DNA of 62,252 nucleotides, counting the filler, from Jimgerdemannia flammicorona (lineage: Eukaryota), in assembly GCA_003990765.1 (NCBI GenBank). It is 3 parts of 3 records of this genome, joined end to end, with 100 filler letters (N's around TTAATTAATTAA, not from the genome) between each part and the next. Parts side by side here need not be neighbours in the genome. Positions count along the whole stretch, not along the records: positions 41,571 to 62,252 come from RBNJ01001613.1; 2 more parts are not named here. One strand, given 5' to 3'. A model generated the notes under the pieces. That model was not told the DNA's origin. It ran no database searches and saw only the letters and a program-made list of their open reading frames with translations. Positions 52,574-62,252 of this stretch are shown here, piece after piece. Within the stretch, counting starts at the first letter, position 1, and each line of letters begins with the position of its first letter. A program made the position numbers and the translations under genes.

Positions 52574-52882
52574 GAAGAATATCTAATTGAAACAGTCAGT
52601 AGTCAGTAAACTATATTTTACTATATAGTATAGAAAGTGATAGTTTACAAGTAATACTATCTTATATATAATATTATAGATCTGCTTAACTATTATTAAG
52701 ATTACTGCTTATAGGTCTGAGATTTAATATATATATATATATTTAGTCTTAATTGTAAAGAGTTCATACTTACTACTAAATATAGATTTTATAATTTTAT
52801 ACTTACTAGTCTTCCTATAAAGATATAGTCTACTTGAGCAATAAGAGTAGATATCTTATATAGAGTCATTATGACTCATATA
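52574..52882. repeat. Family X dispersed repeat, copy 2 (interrupted at ~52882)
   Basis: Colinear with ~452-762; homology stops where the GGGCATGCTGCAACAAAA motif begins. Confidence 0.8.
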
Positions 52883-52913
52883 GGGCATGCTGCAACAAAA
52901 TCAGATAAAGTGA
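52881..52913 (+). mobile_element. Putative left terminus of a DNA transposon
   Basis: Marks the breakpoint in repeat X (+/-2 bp) and matches the motif at 11071. Confidence 0.6.
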
Positions 52914-52931
52914 ACATTTGACATCACTTGA

Positions 52932-53216
52932 TTATTTATTTTTGCTACTGCTTTGCTTGTAACTTTTAATTATTCAATATTCACTATATAAATTGATTAG
53001 AGTAAGTAAACCGAAAGTATAACCTAATGTTCTCTGTTTTCATGCTTCTTTAAAGTCTTCACCAAAACTGATAGAACTTTGATATATCATAATTAGGCAG
53101 AACATAATTTTTTCAGGGAACGTTTCTTTATTTTCATACTATAACTGGATTATCATCAGTAAAAATACAAATCTGGTGTATTTTCATTCAGAACCACCTT
53201 AAAGAAAAATAATCAT
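52932..53216 (-). pseudogene. Small Mollicutes-like ORF (code 4), 95 codons
   Basis: MIIFL*GGSEWKYTRF..FKEAWKQRTL..SEYWIIKSYKQSSSKNK: three TGA read as Trp, two TAA/TAG; divergent from the ORF at 53310. Confidence 0.4.
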
Positions 53217-53309
53217 TGCTTTTTTTTTTTACTAAAATAATCTATATACTTAATATAACCTTATAAAAAGAAATATATAAGTATATAAAAGAAAAATAAA
53301 TATATATTT

Positions 53310-54428
53310 ATGACAAAAAATACAATCAATGAACTCTAATAGAGAAACAAAAAATTATTAAACCAAATTGAATAATTAAAAGCATTATTACGAGTTAAGC
53401 TATTGAATAATGAAGAAATTAAATAAGAGATAATCAAATATTTAGGGGATGAATACATTACTCATGATCTTGATCTAGTAGTAGTTGATAAAATCGCCCA
53501 AATTATTAATAAAGAATATTGACCAAGGTTTTATAAGAATTATTCTACTGAAAGTTCTCAGCAAAGATATATTTGCTTGCTTTATCAATATATTCAATAT
53601 TATGATGATTGATTTAAACACTATAATGAAATAAATAATGCTAAAAAAGATATTTTCTCTACTCTGCAAGGTTTAAATTTAGAGAAAAGTAAGAAAATTA
53701 TTGAAAAATGATTAGAAGAGGATAAGATAAAAAAGGAACTATTTGAAGAAGGTTGAAGAGAAGAATTCAGAAATAAATATGACCTCCATGATATTTCCTT
53801 GAAAGATATGGTAAAAGGTATTACTGAATAAACTGAAAAAGTTAAAATTGAACATGAAAGTTTCAAAAAAACTATTGAGGAACTTTTATTAGATTATTCT
53901 GAATTAATAGAAGAGGATATAAAAAATGAAAAAATTTATTGGTTAGAAGGAGAACTACAAAAATTATTAGAGAAAATCAAAAACAGTGAATTAGATAAAC
54001 TCAATGAGGTTATTATGAGAATTATTGAGAAATAGGAAGTGAATGCTAAAACTCACTTTATCTCTTTTACTAAAATTAGTAAGGAATAAAATGATAAAAA
54101 AGAAGTATCTTTAAAAGAGAAAATTAGAGATAATTCAGAAATCATTCAGTGAAATCGTATTATAATTGAAAATCAAGAAAGAGAAATTCAAAAATTGCAA
54201 GAGAAAGTAAAAAATAATGCAGAATTATTGAGAAAAGCAAGAGAAACAATTCAAATATAGGAAATACTGCTTAATTTAGCTGATAGGCCCTTGCCTCCTT
54301 TACCTAAAAAGCAAAACAGATTTCAATACTTAAAAACAGGAATAAAAGTTAAGGCTCAGAAATTGGTAGAAAAAATTAAGTCTCAAACTCAAGAAATGAT
54401 TGCTTAGATAGAAATTAAAGTTAAGTAA
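53310..54428 (+). pseudogene. MRE (Ca. Moeniiplasma)-like coiled-coil protein, genetic code 4, 373 codons
   Basis: One frame with no indels; five TGA in Trp-like contexts (YDDWFK, IEKWLEE, EEGWREE); nine TAA/TAG compatible with CAA/CAG>TAA/TAG; C-terminus RPLPPLPKKQNRFQ..IA(Q)IEIKVK; K/E/I/N-rich and intronless. Confidence 0.75.
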
Positions 54429-55024
54429 TGAAAAAACTGCTTTACACAGTTTTAGATTTAGATGAGTGAAATAAAGAGACAGCTTGTGATTTTTGTCCTG
54501 ACTTTAATAAGAGAAAAAGAGTGGTTTGCCAAATTAGAACTTGTAATAAAGTAAGTCATAGAATAGTTGATAATGCTTGTGTTTGTGAGGAATATAAGGA
54601 GAAGTTTGAGAATGATGAGTTGCTAAAATGTGAAAGATGTAGAGAGCTAAAAATTAGAATAAGTTTTTACTACAATTGTTCTGACAGTAATGAAAAAGAA
54701 CTTCTGGTCTTGCCTTATGAAGAAAGAGCATCTACTAGATATGAATGGCAAATAAACACTTTACAAGAACAATTTAACAATACTGAATGAATAATAGCTA
54801 AAGAAAGAGAAGCCCATGAGAATTTTATAGAAAAATCTAAAGACTGACATAAAAGACAAAAGGAAGAATTATTAGACAAGATTAAAGAATTAGAGGCAAA
54901 AGTGGAAAGGTTACAAAAATTAACTCCTAAAAAACTAGTAAGGGAAATTAATGAATTAAAAGTCCAATTAGAGCAATGAAATAGCCAATTCACAACTCAA
55001 ATTGAGGTTAAAAAGTGACCTTAA
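54428..55024 (+). CDS. MRE-like Cys-rich plus coiled-coil protein, fully open in code 4 (198 aa)
   Basis: ATG overlaps the upstream stop (TAATG, 54426-54430); five in-frame TGA, no internal TAA/TAG; CDFC, CVC and CERC motifs; ends TTQIEVKKWP. Broken in the standard code. Confidence 0.78.
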
Positions 55025-55048
55025 TCGAAAGTAAAGAAGTAAATATTT

Positions 55049-56798
55049 TTATTCATTGACAGTATAAATTAGTTTAGAACAAGTAATATCTTTGAATTCA
55101 TCTTAGACAAAGGGACAAATATTGTGATAAAGATATTTCTGATATTTCAATTCTATAGGAGGAGGTACTAGCACTGGAAATGACAAGATCTTGATTATTT
55201 CTATGACTTTTGAAGTCTCGGATTTACTACTTTTTAATAGTTTGAATTCTTGGAATGGACTATTGGTGATTTCTTGTACTTTGATAGTACCTGGATTCAC
55301 TCTGGTGAAAAGAAAATGTTGAAACTTTTGCATAACAGACAGCTTCTTGAAGTATATTTCCAAACTACTCACAATGTTAAAGTATTAGAAACCATCCCTG
55401 CCATTATAATACTATACTTTATTTAATCTGGCGATGTTAGACCTTTTTACCACATCAATGATGTGATCTATACAGTCCACCATAGTTTTACAATAAAACC
55501 TTTTAATCAGGCCAAAACTACCATCACATTTAAATTTGGTATGGCCCAGAACCATGAAGTTCAATTCAATACTTTCATAATACTCGCAAATTACCAAATA
55601 CAAATAAAACCAAAGAGTGGCATTGTTCTTGTTTTGTCTACCTGCATTATTGTAAGTGATTTTTAAATATCTTTCACCTCAATTCAATTGCTTAATTTCA
55701 TCAAAGACTAGACTAAGTATACTATTTAGACCTTTTCCAAGCAGTTCATTCTCATTAAGAATATAATTAATTTGCTCATAGACTGCTTCATCTTGGATTC
55801 CAAACAAATGTACTTTATGAGTACTAAGGTAATACACTTTGCTTATCTGTTGATCGGAATGAGGCACATGGACATTTTGGGCTCAGTCATAACTATAATA
55901 GGTAACTATGTTAATACTGCAGAATGATATCTCGTCTTTCAGCATAGAATAATTCTGGTCAATAAGTTTTCTTTGTTCTTCTACCAATTTTGTATTTCTG
56001 TTATAATAGTTTCATTCTAACTTAGCTTTGGTGAGATGCTCTTTATATCTCTTTAATAAATCTCAGGCCTCTTCCTCTTTATGAGCTTTGAATTGTAAAT
56101 CATTCTGCAAATGTTGACAGGTATCGCATAAGTTGGTTTGAGGACTCATGATTTGGATATGTAGAGTTAGCTGATGCTACAATTTGCAGAAAGTATTATA
56201 TTTCAGAGTGTGCAGAGTACTATCTTCCAGACTGGCTAAAAAGTTATAGTGAACAGATTTAAAACTCATTTCTACTGGTAAAAAGATTATTGATTGAGTC
56301 ATATAATTAACATTTCTCACTGGACTAGACAGCCCATGAACTTTAGCATAATTCAAAAAAAAATTCTTAACAGTAGTAGCGACATTCTGGTTGATCACCA
56401 TTTTAGTTTTTCACTGAGGCATTCTTTTGGTATTGCCATGGAGCCATGATAAAAGGCTATTTTTCAGCAGATGATCTCGTACATTTTCAAAATGGGCATG
56501 ACCAATTCCCAACATATTTAAATAAGTTTTCTGGTAAAGAGATGTGTTGCAATTCCAGTAATAGATGGTTCTCTTATTAACGCGAGCCCTATTCTTGAGA
56601 CATCAACTAGTATTAGTTACTTCTCTATCCATGGCCTTGAGTTGGGCCATTAAAAAGATATCTTGTTCAAGCTTGGAAAATACTTGAAAGGCTTCTCGCA
56701 TTTTAGCAAATGCTTCCTTAAGGACTTTGGTTGAGCAGCCACAGCCACAGCCTAGCTTTAAAAAATATGTATTCAGTTAGATTTTTGTCATTCATCAT
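55049..56798 (-). mobile_element. Sola-like DDE transposase pseudogene
   Basis: Motifs GCGCGC (N-term), HGNTKR, CDTCQ, YD(W)AQNVHVP, NAGRQNKNN, FMVLGHTKFKCDGSFGLIK and C-terminal FKDITC, in the order expected for Sola-type transposases; stops and frameshifts. Confidence 0.75.
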
Positions 56799-57485
56799 AT
56801 ATATATATTTTATGCACAGTTTGTTCAGTTTTGTAAAATTTCTTTTACACAGTATACCTTTAAAATACATAGGACTACCTCTATACCTATGCAGTCTTGC
56901 TCTTTTAATATTTTCGTTTTTTCCTTGATTCTTCAGAAGTTTCTGGTAATTCTCACTTCTTAGTATTTAATTCCTGCTGAAGCATCTTCTCAGTAAGTGG
57001 TATTTATGTTCCTATTAGAATTAATATGTAATTATTGGTAAATTTCATAGGTAATTCTCTCTTTATCCAAATATTCTTGGATAGCTTTGATGTTGGATAC
57101 TTTGAGCTATCTTTTCACCCCGCTCTTGTTTCAAAATACTTCTGATGGTACTATAGTTTTTCGGTTCCATAGTGGACTTGATGTAAACTAGTTTCATTGA
57201 TATTTTATATAGGGATAATTATTCATTAATAAAGATGATCTGAAAGATGAGAAGTTTTTATATATGAAAGTAGGTCTAAAAAGATGGTTAAACCGATATT
57301 CGTTGTGATTTCAAGGGCAACTTTCCTCAATAATATGCCATTAGAGGAACAGGTAAGTTTCATTGGTGATTATAGAAAGTTTTTTACTAAAGCTTTCACT
57401 CACGTGACAGTTCGTTACACCATTTATGAACAAATAAATTTTTGACGTGACGCGTAGAACTTCACTATTCTGGCACTTTCAAAAC

Positions 57486-60400
57486 ATGTCAACGTTCTTC
57501 GACGCACCCGCAGAAAATTGGACGTATGACGCTATTGCAGCAAACTATTGCGCCGACGATAACATTAGTCGCGTTTTCGACCGTATTAAGAAGGATCTTC
57601 AGCGACGTGCTGAGAGGGAAGATCGCGATGCCGTGCATGCACAAAGGCTTCTGGATTCCGGCTGGCAGGTGAGTAAGACGTTGCCTATAAAAATGTTATT
57701 ATTGCTATAGTCGAGTGGGCTATCCTTTCTCACTCATGAGGAAAAAGGAAGGTCTGTGAATTTTGAATAATTCCTCGGACGTCGTGGATCTAGCTGGGTT
57801 ACTGCTCGTCGCCCAGTGATGGCTGCTCGCCGATCCCTTTTTCAGCAGCTAGCTGGGTTACTGCTCGTCGCCCAGTGATGGCTCCTCGCCGCTGCTGAAG
57901 GCGCCCAAAGGGGACGTTCTAACCATGTTATATTTTTTTGCCCTCTTGAACAAGAAACTTGTTAAAGCGGTGAAGAACCGCGTAAGCATTGAAAACACAA
58001 AGAAGCGGCCTATGGCCGCGAACAAGCTTAGCCCAAATGAGGTATAACATTCTCCGAGTTTTTCCGAAATCTACACCGATATCCCATTTGCGCAAACTCC
58101 CTATACTAATATGGTTATTCTAATGACCCTTTTTTTTTTTTAATGTGCAGGAGCGCCAAGCGGTCCATGACCGCCTCGAATGGGAGGGCGACTCGAACAC
58201 GCCGAAGGTCAAAGTGACGTACAGCAGCAAGCGGTCCATAGCCGCGAGCAAGGAAGACGAGGAATTCTTCCCTGGTTTTCAAGGTAAGTTATATGAAAAC
58301 AAGAATGTGGGAGAAAATATTTCCGGGTCTCAACTTGCTATCAAACATTCTAGAACTTATGCGCTACCTTGAGAACAATGAAATCTGGTCTTATGCTGAA
58401 TTTCTGGTTCAGCACCATGATGTTATCCTTGTCTCGCCACCTTTTTCCGACGATTGGTCTGTTCTTGATGGTTGCTGGGCTCGTCGATTTTTGTTTCAAG
58501 CAAAAAATTTCGATTCAAGCGACCATAGTGTTTTAGAAAAAAAGGTGATGTATTTCTATACTTTGTCTATACTTTGTTTAGGGAGCTCCTATCTGCTATC
58601 TCAGGATTTGGAGTATTGGATATCGCTCCAACCCGAGTGACGGATCGGTGGCACTCCTATCTGCTATCTCAGGATTTGGAGCATTGGATATCGTTCTAGC
58701 CACCACCGTTGCGATATATATTTGCTTGAAATTGAAATTTTATTTTTGAAAGGAAAAAAATCGATACTCATGTCTACATTCTACTCTGACAGGTGAAATC
58801 TGAGCGTTCAAACGGAAGGTTTCAGTTATATTGGGAGGAGATAATATATGAACGGAAAGAGGTCTACAAGCTTTCTTAATGTCCATCGCCTATTCTTTTA
58901 TCATTAATCACTAACCTCATGTTTGTTTGCAACGCAGATGGCAACAAACCGGATACATCTCAAGGCTAGCATGGATTTACTAGGTGTAGCTGGCACACAG
59001 AATTTACAAAAAAATAACCTCTAGAGGACATCTGAAAGCTTTTGTTGGGCACGATCTGAACAGAAAGGTAAATGATAGATTGCTCTTTAGGCTCCGGTGA
59101 TCAAGCCTAACTTATTATATGTGTCTATATATACTAGGGAAAAGCTAGTGAAACCGGTCTAGCCGAACCTCGAGAAATAACTTCGGATGCTGTCAACAAC
59201 CCATTTTTATCTAACGAAGAGGATGAATCGAACATAGCGTCCGATCAGGTATGATAGTTTCTTTGGAATTTCATAACACAAAACTACAGGTATTATGAAT
59301 TCACTCGAAGTGAAACAACTTCCGACAGATAGAGCAGACAGCAACCCGAAACAAAAATACCCGGAAGAGATTCTGGGAAGACGACAATCCAAATGCGAAG
59401 CGACAGACGAATAAACATGCGCATACAGAAAATGATGAGGAAGATGATGAGGAAAATGAGGAAGAAGATGATGAGGAAGATGAGGAAGAAGAAACAGCGA
59501 GGTAGGCAAATAATAATCTATACTTTGTGAAGGATCACTTTGGATTATTCTCATTACATTATTGATTGCTGGATAGCAACGACCAAGAGGAAGACGCTAT
59601 GAAGCGGCTGAAGGACGCATATTTAGATGCGAAACAAAACAAAGCTTCGACTGAGTAAGTAAGCCCTTTGTCTTCGGCAACGAATTGTTGCAATTTTCTC
59701 ACTTCGTGTCGATAGCCCGATTTGGTGGCGAGTTGTAGATATGACAACCACCAGCATTAGATGGCGACCCTCCCAATCTTGGCTGGAGAACACAAGGAAA
59801 ACTATACGCGGCCGGATCCCGGACAACATCTCCGAGATGGCCAAGATATTTATTGCAGCGTTGTATCAGGTACGTACTTGGGACAGGATTGCTTGAATCC
59901 CTTGAGATTGTGACTCACGGCCTACGCGCTTATGTGCAGCTTCCACTCGCAGAGTTGCAGAAGGTCGCACGGGACTACAAGCAGATTGGATCGAAAGGCA
60001 TTCTGAGAAACCTATCAACGACAGAGGTGCCGGTCAAGGCCTCTGCGAAGGACCGGCTACAAGCGATGGTGTGTGACATGTCTCCGGCTCCTTCTCCTCC
60101 ATGTCTAGAGGTGAATGCTGTTGATCCCTCTGCGGCAGAAATTATTTGGATCCTGGATTGCCTCAGTGAGATGTAAGGGATCTATTTCCTTAAATTCGTT
60201 CGGTTTCGTGTATATTTTATTTATCTTATTTACTGGCAATAGCTATACCAACACTGAGCGCGGCATTCCGCAAAGGAGGAATACGGAAAGAGACATTGAC
60301 ATCTTCTACAACAGATGTCTTTTTCGGATTGTCGAAGACGTTGTTGATGTCCATTTGTAAGTGGTATTTTGCGTTAAGATTCATCGTAATTGTTAACCTT

Positions 60401-61279
60401 GTGCTAACGGCGCACAACTCGTTATAGTGGGGAAATGTGTAGTCGTGCGTCCAGAGAACGTCGGCAAGTTGCTGTGGACAGAGCGAAGATAAATGAAGGA
60501 AGCAAACTTGATTGGCTTTTTTCGGTATGTTTCCATTCATTTATATTCGATATACCTTACGCCTTGACTCATATTTGTATCTATTATAGCGTCATGACTT
60601 GGGCCCAGCCTATTACTGGGGTCAGGAGTTTGGCATAGTGGAAAATGCTGGAACCAAGTGCGACAATAAGCGAAAGGTATCGAAGGATTCTCTAAGGACA
60701 ATGAAGAACCTCAGAGACATGCTATTGTCCATAAGAAAGCGGTTTCCCGTGCCCGGGGAGAGCTCGATCCTGGACGAAGCCTTCAAGCAGCTGGTCCTTC
60801 CAGGGATCGTCATGTCGTCATGGACGTACCGTATCATAGCAGTTTCGCCAATCGATGACACTTGGCATGGCTTAATAGACGTAGATAAATTCATACTTCC
60901 GACGACTATGAATGAACTTCAGCAAGTGTTGAAGTGTTGCCGTTCGATGTTGTTGGTTCGAGTAAGTGTAACTTGTTGCTGTTGTCGATCCTTTAAGCGC
61001 TTTCGAGCTCTGAATCAGTATTTGCCATCCTTTCTATATGACTAGGAAATTCTCAAGAAGACGATACAGATCATGAGGTTGGCTGCGGAAGTCGTGGACG
61101 AAGATGGCTTTGTGCCGTGCGAAAATCAAGGTAGTCCAGAAGAGCAACGAACTCCTAAAAAAAAAAAGCAAGGTATGAATATCGTTATGAAGATATTAGG
61201 GAATCTTCAACTTCTGAATCTTTGCATTTCCCATCTCTTAGGTTCGAAGGCACCAGCCAAGGTTGGAAAGAATGTGTAG
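57486..61279 (+). CDS. Intron-rich Crinkler-related gene with C-terminal restriction-endonuclease (PD-(D/E)xK-like) domain; probably recently pseudogenised
   Basis: About 15 exons with GT-AG introns (e.g. 57669-57954, 58042-58150, 58284-58353). C-terminal GEMCSRASRERR..GSKLDWLF..QEFGIVENAG..KVSKDSLRTMKNLRDML fits REase-fold families expanded in Mucoromycota; acidic linker; in-frame TAG near 59022 and two TGA near 59297-59312. Confidence 0.68.
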
Positions 61280-61555
61280 AACACAATAAAGTCTCTGATT
61301 GGCACTCGAGCCTTTACTTTCTCTTGAGGAATTCCACTCCGAATATTATTGAGAAAAGGAACAAGGGTATTTATACTTGCGGAACGCAGCATTCAACTCC
61401 AATATAAAAACTTCAACGAAAGTTACCAGAAACATCCCAAGGACCTAGGAAAAAGAAAATATTAGAAAAGATTGCACGGCTATATATATATAGGGAGTAT
61501 TCCTTTATAGAAGAAATTTTACAAAACCGGACAAACTGTGTGTAAAATATATTAT

Positions 61556-61934
61556 ATGGTTGTGATGACTGAATATGAAAAAGTAATCGAGTTCTTGAAA
61601 GTGGGCTGTGGTTGTGGTTGTTCTTCCAAAGTTCCCAAGGAAGTGTTTGCTGAGATGCTTGAGGCTTTTCAAGCTCTTTCCAAGTTAGAACAAGACATCT
61701 TTTTAATGGCTCAACTTAAGGCCATGGATTGTGGATTCACAAGCACTAGTCACTGGCTTAAAAAGAAAGCTTATGTCAATAAAAGAACATTATACTGCTG
61801 AGACTGCAATCCATCTCTTTACCAGAAAACTTAATTGAATATGCTGGGAATTGGTCAAGCTCATTTTGAAAATGTCAGAAATCATTTGCTAAATAATAGT
61901 CTTTTATCACGACTCTATGGCAATACCAAAAGGG
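61556..61934 (+). mobile_element. Second Sola-like transposase copy (5' part), interrupted by LINE F
   Basis: FLKVGCGCGCSSKVPKEVF..LEQDIFLMAQLKAMD..YGNTKR homologous to 56798-56425 (minus); the upstream flank from ~61420 also matches ~56950. Confidence 0.8.
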
Positions 61935-62252
61935 TCATCTCTCTCCACTACAATTCACGTTACACGCACTTTTCAACACACTTTCGAAGCATTTATTGGA
62001 GAAAAGATACTAAGGCAATGTCAACCAGCAAGCAAGCCGACACGCATACTAGGTCAGGTGGACCTGGGGCCTTCGACTGGCAGACTGTCGGGAGAGGGTA
62101 TGGATTGGGGATGGGGTCCTTCGGTGGCTCGAGTGGGCAGGGTGGCTCCGGCAGTGGAAGTGGCACTGGAGGGGGGGCTGGAGAGAAGCAGGGGAGGAGC
62201 TTTGCAGACACGCTGAGGGGTGGGGGCTGGCCGTTGGGCACTTGTGGTGGAC
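61935..62252 (+). mobile_element. LINE copy F, 5' end (young, CpG-rich; ORF1 ATG 62018), runs off window
   Basis: Homologous to the 5' ends of copies B (22475) and E (45048); MSTSKQADTHTRSGGPGAFDWQ. Confidence 0.88.

Noticed and set aside
55049..56798. Idea that the transposase itself uses code 4
   Set aside because: It has TGG as well as TGA and TAG at Trp sites, and the two copies differ (TGG vs TGA) at one site, which fits G>A decay.
57789..58695. Repeat-spacer-repeat patterns as CRISPR
   Set aside because: Only two units each, intronic, eukaryotic context, no cas genes.

Overview
Eukaryotic (fungal) DNA with spliceosomal introns, most consistent with a Mucoromycota host of Mollicutes-related endobacteria (MRE); the taxon is an inference. 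It is three contigs joined by two artificial 100-bp linkers (N44-TTAATTAATTAA-N44). Contig 1 (1-20686) is mostly CpG-rich genic DNA: a ZFC3H1/Red1-like gene head-to-head with a DUF1349/Ree1-like gene, an F-box/LRR pseudogene, gene fragments and tandem repeats. Contigs 2 and 3 are a transposon graveyard. They hold six copies of a G-rich L1/Tx1-like LINE family (three nested inside each other with TSDs), two TSD-flanked copies of a 1.2-kb poly(A)-tailed non-autonomous retroposon, hAT-like ends and interstitial TTAGGG repeats, with a decay gradient from CpG loss to RIP-like CpA>TpA change. The most striking part is 52.9-61.9 kb. A transposon-like terminus is followed by ~2.1 kb of AT-rich DNA whose ORFs read in genetic code 4 (TGA=Trp, TAATG-coupled genes, MRE-like proteins) and abut a Sola-like DDE transposase. 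Next come an intron-rich restriction-endonuclease-fold (Crinkler-type) gene and a second, oppositely oriented copy of the transposase. All homology calls come from manual motif recognition; no searches were run.
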